Shown here: one piece after another, positions 1-13,100 of the stretch
Numbering within the stretch: the stretch's first letter is position 1
Layout: every line of letters begins with the position of its first letter
Assembly: GCA_002633005.1 (NCBI GenBank)
Contig: NMRA01000071.1
Coordinates: 888,970 to 946,793, forward strand
Origin: Phoronis australis
Lineage: Eukaryota > Animalia > Phoronida
Length of the DNA stretch: 57,824 nt
Direction: 5' to 3'
Translations under genes and position numbers: made by a program
The notes under the pieces: model-generated
What the model was told of the DNA's origin: nothing
The model's input: only the letters and a program-made list of their open reading frames with translations
Database searches by the model: none

Positions 1-196
1 TACTAAGCTCTTTGGTGATTATTAGGTAACTTCAAACTCAAATTTCTCAAAAATGTGCAACTTTATATGTGGGAACTTTTTAGATTTTGAAAACACTCTA
101 ATAAATGAATTAAAAAACACCAAAATAAAATTGCCCCCCTAAAGTACTCATAAAAACCATTTTCTAGAGGCCCTACAAAATGTGGCCCACCGACTA
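1..196 (+). mobile_element. Right end of an Academ-like DNA transposon (continues left of the window)
   Basis: Near-identical to 49178-49373, ending in the same terminus ggcccaccgacta. Confidence 0.75.
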
Positions 197-989
197 TTCA
201 AGAAAAACTCAAACAATAACAACTTTTAACAACGTTTTTGAGATTTAATACTCAGTGATCATTAACCGGTCTCAATAGTGATACAGCCGCTTTGCTATAA
301 AAGTAACTTTTATATTTTCTAAATTTTGCTAAAAGGTGATGGGATTTCCTTATAGCTATCAAATTAAAAAAACTCTATAGGTTTTTTACTTTCATAAAAT
401 TTATGCTTTTAATTCTATAGTTGGTAGCTATTTGACGGAGTTGTCAATAAAATCCTACGTAAATTCAGTTTAGCAGGATTTGAAAGCCCGATTGGACAAC
501 TGTAACACAGGCAAGTTAGAGAACAACAGCTTCCCGTTGTACATGTATACATGTATCCATTGTAGCGCTGTGATATCCTGTGAACGCATTATTGTAGGAT
601 CTAACCGCTGGGGAAGGGTCTGGCAATGGGCCGGTATAGGAAGCATATCATGTTCCTCCACCATTACGATCTCTTGGTCGAGACTAGCCTAACTCGGTTT
701 CCACTGATTGCATCCTTAGGTATGCATGCGCATTATTTGTAGTTAAGGGAGTATTAAATTTACTACAGAACCCGAGCAAATAACACTGCCACTTCTGGAA
801 GTTTGGTGTAACTCAACCGAAACACCGGTTGATTGAGAGAACGATAGGGGAGTGCATGTTGTGTTGTGTTTCCTTGCACCTGAAGGTGGCGTATTGTAAT
901 GTTAGTGTGCGTGATAAGTGAATGTGGTACAAGATTAAATGGAGTGTTTGGGGGCAATTCTCCGCTGACAAGAGCAACCTCTTTCACAG

Positions 990-1175
990 ATGAGGAAGAA
1001 AGAACGACTCTGACCCTCACATCTGCTTTTGAGACAACAAAAACAACTACGGGAGAAACAGCGAGTCATTCAGAGGTCACAACGGCGGCTCACCTTTCAA
1101 CAACCGCCGATTACACATCTGCGCATTTCAGCTCATTCTCCAGCACTGGCAGGGCAACTGAGATTATGACGTCAG
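990..1175 (+). CDS. DEG/ENaC gene exon: Ser/Thr-rich mucin-like segment (phase 1-1)
   Basis: ctttcacag/ ... tcag/gtgac; (D)EEERTTLTLTSAFETTKTTTGETASHSEVTT...EIMTS; 186 nt. Confidence 0.7.
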
Positions 1176-4100
1176 GTGACATGGCGTTTATAAAGGGAAA
1201 ACAGAATATAATGAATGTTTGGCAGATTTTTTATATGTCTCTCCTAGGCACTTACATATTAAATATACTCTAATCATCCAGAAGTCCCGCCCCAGAAAAA
1301 ATACAATGGAACGTCATCCTACCGTTTTCCGTATTAGGTATATTGCTTTGAGAATATTTGAAACTCCTGGGCGTATGATCGTGCCCTCAAATTTCCCTTG
1401 AGAGGCACACGGTACATGCGTACATGTATAGGTATGCTCCGCCAAAGGGTCCTTAAACGAATACATTTCTTCGCGTTGAAGTCTGCTTGTTTAACGTCCA
1501 CCTTTGCTTAATCAAAGCGTTGTATCAGTTTTTCAGCGTGCTGAGTTCGTTCTTACACGAAAACTTTTCAGCAGTTATTCAGCGTGCAGAATTACACACT
1601 TATTCAACGCGTACTAATCCTTATTCAACGCGTACTAATGCTTATTCAACGCGTACAAATGGTTATTTAACGCGTACTAATGCTTATTTAACGCGTACAA
1701 TTAATCAGCTGAAGTAGTCAATCACGTCCTTGCTCTCAAATCTCAAAATGGTGGAATATGTTCTACACGCGTGCATGACCAGCAGTTTGGTGAGCAAGAG
1801 GTATGTTTAAAATACAACGCACTTAAAAATTCAATTACTTTTAATGTTTGATCTGAGCTTTCTCCTCTAGACCGTACTAATCACGTGTTTTGATTGGACG
1901 TTACGGATAACTAATTCAGCGCGTTCAATAGGCAACTCTCTGTCTTGTTTAACAATTTTGAGCGTGGAATAAGTGTAAAAAGATAATCGTTTAAAGTGAA
2001 ACTTCCACGATAATTATTCTGTGATTACTTGGTCAAATTAGAAACACAACATATAGCGACGACATAAATACGAATTAGATGGAAAATTGACAAATGTTTT
2101 TACGAATATGCCGTAAATCACTCAACCGTGTTCTGTAAGTATCGTTTGTGTTAGGTGAGCCCCCAAGCTCCGTCATTAGTGCAAAGGTTACCTATATGCG
2201 GAATGTTTTTTCACATTTTTATGTTATCTATTAATACGACTACACTTTGAATAGCGCATGTTAGATTTTGAAATAGCATTGACGTTTAGTTCCTACTATA
2301 GGCCTACGTTTGCATTTTTGGAGCATGCAAGTACACCTTCAAGAACAAATTCAGCCCGTTGACTACTCCTGCGTGTTGAATAAGCAATTCTTCGTGTTGA
2401 CTAAGCAACAGTTCGCGTTGAAGATTGTCGTTTTAAAACCCTTGGCGCTTCTGCAAGTTCAGTCATACGAACGGTCTCCAGCATCAAAATCAGCTTGCTT
2501 GCCGTATGACGTTGAAGGTCGTACATATGCAGATAACGTTTACCTACGAGGGTAACTTTTAGGCTCCGAAAATACACGAAGTGATCCAAAAGCGTTGTCA
2601 CCTAGAGACATCAGTCGAGTTAAAAGCACATCACCGGCAGGATATCGACTCCAGCCTAGCGCTATGACACGTATACGTACGCATTGTGTTCAGACCGTGC
2701 TATACACGCCTGTAGTGAATACGACATACCAAGGTTTATTGTGCACTTTTCAGTGATTATTAAGCTTTGATTTTGTGAATATTGACCACGTCTTGGTTCA
2801 ATTGGTTCTGGCTTACATATGTCTTCGGCATTTCTCACGCAAATGGGTCGAGTTAATACCGTTTCAGTGCCGATGAAAATTCGCTAGGTGGGACATCAAA
2901 TTCATCTGATTGTCTGGTTCTTCTTTAGTTTTACGCCCGTATTTACGTTCCTCTTTGTCTGAATAATTATTGACCAGTTCTCGCTCAGTATCGTCCTCTA
3001 CTGTGTTCCGCCATTGCAATTGAATGTCAAGTGACCAAACGTCTTCCAAACATTACATCATTTGGCGGGAAACTTGGAAATAATTATTTTTTCTTCCAAA
3101 GTAAAAACGTCGCTACCATTTGGCATAAACAGTGCCCATTAAGTTACATTTCATGATATTCATTTCATATTAGCTAACTAAAATCTCAAAAACTAAGAAA
3201 AATGCAAGGTGTGGATTCTTTTTAAAAAGCACGTCATTTGTACCGAAAGTATTTACGTGCACATCTTGTCGCACACGTGTATTTGGGGCTGACGTGAACG
3301 TTACGTGTCAACGGTATGTCACTAATGCTTCAAAATTTGAGCAATCTTAAAATGAAGGAAAAACCTGCTCATTTGTAAGGAATTATAAACAATGTTATGT
3401 ACTACTTTATACCCGACAACAGAGTCACCCGCGCCACCCGCGTCAACCGAGGAAACTACAGAAGAGGCACACACAACATCAAATTCAGAAGCAGAAATAA
3501 CAACGACAACAGGAGGCAATGAGCCGACAACAGAGTCGTCAACGTCGACAGCAACAGAGGCAGCCACCAGTGCGCAAGCCATAAAGTTGTCCACATTTAC
3601 TAGGACAACAACGACACAGTCACCTTTACCGACAACAACGCCGCCACCAACTAAATTCAACGGAAGATACGGAGACTGTCCAGGAAACGACATTATCACA
3701 CTTCAATCTCTTGGCATCAGCCTCACGGAGTGCGCCATTATCTGTGCCTCCAACCACGCATGCCTGTCGTTTGTGTTCTCTAAAGCAACTCCTAGCGCCC
3801 CTTCCGGAGACTGTTTCCCAAAGAATAGCACGTGCGAGACTGTTACCTCTGTTGAAGGGAAAGTGGTGCTCACCTATAACAAAGGTGATGTTCTATTGGT
3901 ACAACACTTAAGGATTTTTTTGAGAAAATCTGCAAACCTGGGTAGGACCGTGTCAAAGCTAGCTTCATGTTTTTGACCATGCAACCGTGATGTGGTTAAC
4001 ACCCCATTCATCCAAAAATCGCATTTTTTATGAAATTCAATAATATGCGGGATTCCTGGACCCTCCATGACTGTGCATATTCGAATGCCGAGATGAAACT

Positions 4101-7100
4101 TTGTTTCTGAAAAGTGGCAAACCGTAAACAACTTATCAGTAAAAATATTAACACACCGTTTAAATAAACGTATGCTCATGTCCAACATTAAGATAGACGA
4201 AAACGTTCCTACCATTGGAATGAGGAGAACTTTATTATCATCTTGTATTATTGAATCTGAAAATCATGTCGGACTTTGGGGCTAGAGAAGATCTCTCCTC
4301 ATGTGTCATTTGGCTGGATTCAGATGGACACATGTACTTTTTGAAGCCTTTCTTTGTGACAGTAAACTTCAAAGCTTTTATGCATTCTGAATTTCCCTAG
4401 AGCATGCGTATACGCCAACATCGTACATGTAGGTAAAGCATGTGCAACAGCCTAGAAGGCATATTCAACAATAACGAGACACTTCCCAGACATACATTGA
4501 ACTTGATCTCACACAAATGATTTTTTAGGAAATAAGAATGTTCAAATTACCTCAGTCAAATTTCTGGTGTGTTTCCATGGGACCTGATGACGCAAAATCG
4601 ACCACTGACACCCAGCGAAAGAAGCAGTCCTCAAGTAAAATGAGCAGAGCAATTCTTAACCCAACCTTTTTGTCACGCACGCGTATTATCGTTTTTAAAG
4701 AGTCGATACGCTACGCCAATATTTTGCAGGTTTTCTTAAAAACGCATCTTAAGTTAACTTTTCATGTGAGTTTTCAGACAGCTTAGGAAAATAAATAGGT
4801 ACACGTTGAGGTGCATTGTGAGTTCTTTTAACGATACGATGGTTAAACCTAAACGGTGAGTGTGTCTTTTCAACAAGGCGTCGGGCCAATATGTTAACTT
4901 AAAGAATGTCTTTGAAATATCGAAGAAAGTTAGTGATTTTTAAAGGCATAGCTTTATTTAATCATATGTTTTAGTATTAACTTGTATAATTGATCGTCTG
5001 TGTAAAGTTTTTGTGCACGTGGTCATATCCTAAACTGTTAATAAGGTCAACAATTTTCTAGTCATTCCAACGACTCCACCGCAAACAACAATAACACGTA
5101 CTACGTTAGGCGTGGCCCAAAATTTGACAATGCTTGACGTCACATATAGCCAGGATAGCACGACACCTCCGTGGTCGCTGGTGACAACTACAGGTACATC
5201 TCATTTACATGTAAAAGGAGCTCACTAAAATACGACATTATATTGTGGCCTTCATCGCAAATACTCGCAAATGAGACCGAGGTGCGCTTCAAACTTAGCT
5301 GGCTTCACAGACAGAAGATTACGTGTGACATGAATATTAATTAAATACATATAGAAGACCGCTATATTATCATCGAGTACACGTGTGGCAGGCATATTAA
5401 TTAAATACATATAGAAGACCGCTATATTATCATCGAGTACACGTGTGGCAGGCTCATGCAGTCCGGATAAAAGTTATACTTGTCAATGGCTTCTATAACG
5501 CAAATATTCAGCTTTATTCTTGTGCATGTTTTCCAAATATTCCAAATATTCCTCCACCAGAGTTCAGCTGTCCACCGCGTCAGTAGAAAAAAAAAAATTT
5601 ATGACAAAAACACACATTACTTGTTACTGCTCAGGTACATTGTGTGGGGAGCGTTTCGTAACGGCGGCCTCTAACGAGAGACGCTTGCATCGTGAAAAAT
5701 CGGAACAGAAATAGTATTCTCATTTCTCTGTTTGCACAAAACGCTACTGCTGTTCATAATGACTCGACGTTACAGTCAATAATTTCTTCCTCCATCTTCA
5801 AGCATTACATATGTCTTCAAAAACGATCACGGGCATCTGGTACACTCATGGTGCTCATTGGTTCTTGGCATGGTTGTCATCCAAGCAGTCTAACTGCTAC
5901 GTAGCTGAGTGATTTATAAAAGCGTACTAAACCTGGTTTTGACCTTACAATATATATTAACAACGACTTCCTCATCTATCTCCCTAAAAAAATCTATAGC
6001 CTTCGTTACACTGCAAAACTGTGAAGTGAATTTGAATACTTCAAATGTGGAGAAATCGTGAAAACATAAAATGTCCAGTAAACTAACAAGTATGCCCTAC
6101 ATGAGGTAGGTCGTGGTATACTGTAGATAGCGCTTTACTACACTACAGGTACGATTTAAAAGAATAACAGAATAAAACCCGTAGGAAGGATCATAATATC
6201 CAACCTGCAACATTGACTGATTAAGTGTTGTCAGTTGAAGGCTGGAGTGCTTTTGTCGCTTACATGTAGGTGAGACGCTAATGTTACATGAACAAGGGAC
6301 ATAACGAAGACTATCTGCAATCACCAAAACAGTGTTTTGAATCCTTTTGGTTTCACAGGAAGTCTGTAATACTTATCTCTTCTTTTTAGTCTAAAAGTTG
6401 TTTTTTAAGTTGTCGCTTGTCTGCTTGCTAAGACATCAGAAGACATTACCGTGTACCTTTGCGTACATAGCTTCCTTAATCTTTCTTTTAGTCCAGTTTG
6501 TTTCACTGTTTAGCATCCCACTGGATAATGTATACAGTAGGTCTGACCACATATGCTCTGATACTCCTGATGAGCTATCACCTTCACTACAACTTTTCTT
6601 GTGTTCCGCAATACTCGGCAGCATTCCATTGGCATAAGCGTTTAAGCCTTTGCCAATACAGGTCTCACCACATACTCTGGAATTTGCTAGGTGACGTTCT
6701 TGTTTGCTTCAATAATTGTTTTTGTTTCGGTTTCGTCGTCCCAGTATGTTTGAGCCACTGTACACACTTAATTGTCTTTAGAATATACATCGTATGTAGA
6801 ATCTTCACACTACCCTTTTTGTTTATGGCGTTTATCATGCGAGCACCGNNNNNNNNNNNNNNNNNNNNNNNNNNNNNNNNNNNNNNNNNNTTTTTTGTTT
6901 TTTTTCTTAATCCGCCCGCTTTATTGTTATCAAAAGGTCCACAACAACATCAGGAATTCGAGCCCCCCATATAGGAGGCTGGGTGCGCGCATGTTTATTG
7001 CCATTCTGTAGTTTAAAAAATTACCGCAATCATATTCGTTCTCTTTCATTTCATTTCCGAATGTTTAAAGTGCAATCTAGTTTTCCATTCTACCAAACGG

Positions 7101-10100
7101 ATGCCAGTGTGGTACTTGAAACGCTCGTTTTTACTGGAACTTTGCGCTATTTTGTTGGGTTTTTGCTCAGCGTGATCAACTGTGTTTAAATGAGTCTCTT
7201 AAAGCGTGTGGAACACCACACACAGACAAGTGCAACGTTACCTACGTGAAAACTTCACCTATGAATGGAGTGGAAACCGTTCACATGAAATTGTCACGAC
7301 ACCTCTTACACCTCAAGTTCCACTTACTGTACTAGTTGGTATGCCGGCCATTAGCTTCGAACTTTAGGCAAGAGTTCACACTCAACACTTCTCAGCTCCT
7401 TACTAAATTGCTATATGACCACTTGCATGAAGGGCGGATTCTTCTTGATTGTTGCTGGCCGTCTTCGTAATTCTGAGTCTGACATGTTTGACCTGTCTGT
7501 TGTAGTTTCCAGGTGATGATAGTGTTCAGCTCTTAAACTGCTGGTTTTTAGTTGGTGTTTGATGTAGCTGACCTCATTTGCAGTAATCCGTTTCCGATAT
7601 CAGAGGTGGCTAGTTTGTTGTCTAACTAACACCACTTGCTCTTTGCCATGGCTGAGGAACTTTGACTTTAATGTCACCAGGCTGATATCTCTCGCGTGCC
7701 GAATACTAATTTTTTGTTCCATACTCGGTTTTAACTGGTCCTTCTGTAAGCTTCTGCATGCGGTGTTTTCTTTGAGGAAATTCTGTTCAAATCATACGAA
7801 ATACGAAGCGATTTTTGGGTTACGAGTTCACAATGTGGAGCTGCGTCCCGGCTGGACTAGAGCTAGTCCTCAACCACCAGCAAGCATACTGCCAACACTT
7901 AAGTTTCACTCTGGAAGCACCGCGTAACCTGAGATTAACGTTTTTTGATGAACTGATGGCCAGGAGAATCCAAAACTTATTCTCTATTAAGAAAACTCTC
8001 ACTGTATTGACTACTGTAATTCCGACGAAATCAAAGGAGATAAGAGCGGTTAGTTCCTAGCATCAAACTCATAGAAAAATGCAGCGAACAACACTTAAAG
8101 CTGGGATGGACAACTTGGTTTGCACATTCAAATTGAATGATAACCAGGAAGAATTCATCGAAAAAGCAATACTTCCACAAGGAAAGGGTACGGAAAAAGG
8201 AGATCATACTCAGCAAACGCTGTGCCCTTCTCGTCTACACGAAGCAGATCATACTCGGCAAACGCTTTGCCCTTCACGTCTACATGAAGTAGATAATACT
8301 CAGCAAACGCTGTGCCCTTCACGTTTTTTATGAACTCAATAAAACTGGTTAGCACATGCAAGACATTTAAAAAAGAAAATAATGCTGTAGGTAGCTCAGA
8401 AACCTTGAGATGAGAGTACTGAGTAAAATAAAAGGAAAGACAGATACAAGGAAAAGAAGAACGTCATCTATCAAATCCGCTAAGATTGTGGTTACTCCCA
8501 TAACAACGATGAACTAAGGACATTGGATATGAGGATTGCTGAACACAAGAAATGTCGCAAGGAAGCCACACTATTTAATGTGTAGCATGTTGTGGCATGT
8601 GTATTGAAAGGGCCACAACATCTAAAAGGGTAACACCCAGATACTTGACAGTGAAACAGTATAGACTAAAATTAAGATCTAGGAAGCTATGAATGAAGCT
8701 ATGTGACAACGTCTTCAGGAAGACTAGCAACCTGCCAACCAACACGCGGCTTCCCTTTTAGGAAATAAGTGGTCTAGCGGCGAGAAAGCTGGACTGTCAA
8801 GCGAAATATCCATGGACCAAATCCCATTGCGCACCAGGAAACGTATAATTAGATAGCGCAATATAAGTACAACAAACCATCGTGCTGGTTCTTTTTAAGA
8901 ACTCTGTAACGCCAGAAGATGACAGGAGAAATGACCGACCGGAACGTCGTGTCAATGTAGCACGATACAGGTTGGTTTAAATGGACCAACGTACTTTACA
9001 ATTGATCTTATTTTATCTCCGCCGTAAGTAGGTTTCACAAAACCATTACACTTGTGTGTATAAAGTCAACAAATCAACGGACGAATAAATTACGTTGCAT
9101 TAGCGCAATCTCACGTGTTCTCAAAAAACTTGCAATTGGTCTTACAAAACGACAATCGGCATCCTAAAGTGCAACAAATTTTGAATTGAAGGAGACAACA
9201 ATTCATGAAAAAGACGGTCTTGCATGCGAGTATTTGCGTTATTTTAGATCATTGTGCTCATATTTTTACAAATAAGAATGATTAAAAAATTGCCCCAAGC
9301 CTACACATACTCTTTTGCTTGATCGTAATTTATAATAAAACACTATTATTTCAACCATTTCTATGATATGAATGGTTGCTCTCAATCCATACAGTTCTAT
9401 AACATGAATGGTGGCTCTCAATCCATACAGTTGATAATATACAATCCTGACGTTTATGATGCTTTCTTAGCACTGGTCAATTATATATGACTAAAAGAGG
9501 CTTTCCGAGAATTGTGAGTAATTAACATTGATTATCATCTTGATACGACTTCATGTCAACCAAAGGGCATGTGTGTGTAGACCTAGTATCTGTGCTGTGA
9601 CTCTGGCATGTTCTCAGGATGTTCAACTACAATGGACGATCTTTGAATCAGGGCAAGGTCGAGACCCGAGTGGAACAGTTACAATGTACATGTACACCGA
9701 CATGCAGTACAATCCAAAAGTAGTGAGACAAAGCCACGTAAGGTTCTCCATCATGACGGCTGGCTGGATGCCAAAATTAACTGCGAGAGTCTTTCCTCAT
9801 GACCGTCAACTAAGGAGCAGTATCAGCATAATTAATATGATGCCTTAACCTCCGTGGACTTTATGAAAACTGTCGCACAAAATACTATTGCCTCTTAGCA
9901 TTTTTGACGTTCACGCAGTTAGCCGTCATGACGGGAAAACGGTATTTTGTCTGATTACTTTTCTCTCATACAATGCATGATCAGCCAGTTTGCACAGATA
10001 ACTGTGTTCACTTATCGGGTGACGGCTATCGCACAGATTATAGTGTTCACGTATCCGTGACGGCTATCGCAGAGATTACAGTGTTCACGTAATGGTGTCA

Positions 10101-13100
10101 CGCAATAACATATTTAGGGTAGTCACCTACAGTATAGCGCCCTGATCGTTCGTGTTCGTAGGGGTGAAAAAGAATGCTCACCTCGCCTCCCTTGAACCTG
10201 TTTGGAGCTCGGTTTGTGAAATAGTGGCCTTCTTTCGGTCGACCGTCGCAACAGCACTGTTCTAGTCACGTGCAATCACCAAAATGTAAAGACGTAAAGT
10301 AGATCTCGTAACCCTGCTCAATGCCAAATAATGCCAAGTGAATCAGCAACATTGCATGCAAATTAAGATAAGATTTGGAAAATATCTGTTTCGATTTAAG
10401 GAAGTTCAACACAGATCTGCAGTTGGGTTTTTGAACATATCTGCGAAAATATGATAATAACTGAATTAGCAAAAAATCGTTACATCTGCACACACGTGTA
10501 CATGTCGAGAGGGTGATCCTGGGGGAAAACGGTTAAATTTACATGGGTGAAAGTGATACCTAAATAAATTCATGATTGAATTCCTGTCAAAAACAGGTTA
10601 ACATCGTTACAGGATTTCAGTTCTGTGATTAACGATTTTAGATAAATTTCCCTCTGTGTTGCACTATACTTCCCGCTGTGTTGCACTATATTTACCGCTG
10701 TGTTGCACTATATTTCAATTAATTGATGGTGTTTGCAATGTGAAATAAGATCAGGTTTTTGTAACTGGTGTGGATAATCTAACGGAAAAATTTCTTCTTT
10801 ACGTCACATTAAGTTCGGTGGTGGACAATGTACTCTGCAGCCTTTTTAAGTGCAAAAAAGCACCTATCAGGTTAGAGAACTCAGGTGACTTTCAAAATAA
10901 AAAAACAATGAATACAGCCAGTAACGTATTTTCGTCTGGCACGACGTCGACGCCCGCTGAAGGCCGGGCGTGGCTAACGGACCGCTTTCGACATGGACAC
11001 GGACGATCATGGGTGACTACATTGTAGTTGCTACGGTGTGAACAGTCACAGTAATCGGTTTGATTATTTGCAAGATGACGAGGATTATTGAAACAGGCGC
11101 CTGATTCCTTGCGTTGGCGTAGTTTTTCACCTAGTAACATAATCATGTGTAATTTTGTAGTAGAGAACCAAACACCATTAACGAGTAACACGACAGCGCC
11201 GTCTGTTGAGCCAACCACTGAAGCAGGTAAACAATTTGACTGACTACCCATACGAAGCTTGGATTTCCATTAGTTCAAGAAGTTTTAAATTTTTATTTTG
11301 GCTGAGTATACACACGTTATCAATAGAGAAGAAGTTAGACCGATCATGCGGAGTATTTATCGCATGAACTCTTAAGTAACGACAACAATATCTTCTACAA
11401 TCAGCTTGTTTTCAACATAGAGTAAGAATTATGATTCAATGATGTAAATATAGTATCGAGTTGCATTTCACCATGTTACTGAGCAACGGGTGATGGATTC
11501 CTCAAATATTGTTAACTATTTCCTATCCCGGGACGCACCATGTGCTTCATAACAGCGCCTATAGGTTTAAAACACGTAGTCATTGTTTTTGGTAAAATAA
11601 GTTTTCTTGAAAATAGGCATTGGATAAAATGGATGAATAGTTTCGTTATCGCTTATATTTTCTCATCCAAAAATTTCGCATTACCGGTATATTTCGATTT
11701 TAATAAGTCTTATTTCTTCAAATATCAAAACTGCAAACTCTGGACTTACATGTATGTAACATTCTTGTTGTCGACTGAATTTGAGGATTTACTCTACAAA
11801 GTTTTCAAATGGAGGTCGGGGCTACTTTTTCTTTCAGTTGAAATCCAGGCCCTCTCTGCAATGGAGTGTACTGAACAAATGCTTTGTTTACATGGTTCCT
11901 TGTGTACATGGCATTGATAAAGGTATTTAAAGTAGAAAGTCGCAATGTGATTACTTATTCAAGTAACAGCCGCAAGGACGGACTGTGGTTGAAGATGAGC
12001 TAATGTAATTATTTCTGCCCATAAAAGAGTGCTGTCTTACATGTTTAACATCTGTCAGGCCTACCAGGATACACGGCACAGCCCGGCTATTGTGATGACA
12101 TCTACGTCCTCTTCGCCGCCATTGATAACACGTCAAGCCCGCAAGAGTGCGCCAAAATCTGTGATAACATACCCAAACTTTGCAAAGGATTCGTCATGAC
12201 ACAGAATTCGCTGTGTAAACCGATACACGCCGTTTGCAAGGGGAAAATCTTATACAGTGAAAACAACGAACATACATTGTACATCAGAGGTATAATACTC
12301 ATATAAGTTGTCGGGCATAGGCACTAGTTTGTGGAAGGTGAAGGTCGCATTCGAATGGGAGTCTTGGCTTTAGGGGTAATTACTCCGGCAATAGCTAGTT
12401 CTAATACTCAATTCACCACTTTATTGAGTGTTTATAATTCCGGCGCATCGTTTACGAAATATTTTGTTAATTTCAAGTACGTCATGTGTGCAATCGAGTG
12501 AGATTTATTTTAGATGGTCATGCTTCTATAGTGCACTTTATGTTTTAGGTAAAAGGTGTTTCATTATGATCGTCTACACACACTTTTTGTTTCCAACGGC
12601 GTCTCCCAGCATTGGCTTCATTTAAAAATGGTTTAAATGTGCCATGGTTCGGGCGCTTCGTCCCGCTTCATCCCAAATGCATGCACATTACGGAAGGCAA
12701 TCACGAGCTCAGTGCTTAATGTTCTATAGATTACTTCTTCAGAGAATGTTAGTTTGCGCCTCCTCGTGGACTAAGCCGGAAGTTTGTCACTAACTCCCGG
12801 TGTTTACTGGTACTAACCTGAGGGAACTAAAGATGAGATGCAACGTTTTAACTGGCTTGAAAAACAGTGCAGCTGTTACTCTTGTGCTGGCAATTGATTC
12901 AGAAGTGCATTAACATTGTGTTACAGAAAACTAAAAAATACAGGGTGTCATAAACTATTGATGGTGACTCATCAATTTACTTCTTACAGCTGCATGTCGC
13001 TCCTTTAAGCAGAATGAAAACGATAATCCGCGAAAGCTGCCTTCCACTTTCAAAAATTGGGTCTCGTAGTTTCCTTGCAATGCTACTATTCCAGTTCCGT

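Noticed and set aside
598-719. Possible upstream channel exon (tgtag ... ttag/gtatgc; a shorter form would read DLTAGEGSGNGP)
   Set aside because: The long form has stops in all frames, and the short form ends in phase 0, which does not join the phase-1 exon at 990.
3322-3699. Val-rich hydrophobic ORF on the - strand
   Set aside because: Antisense shadow of the Thr-rich mucin exon.
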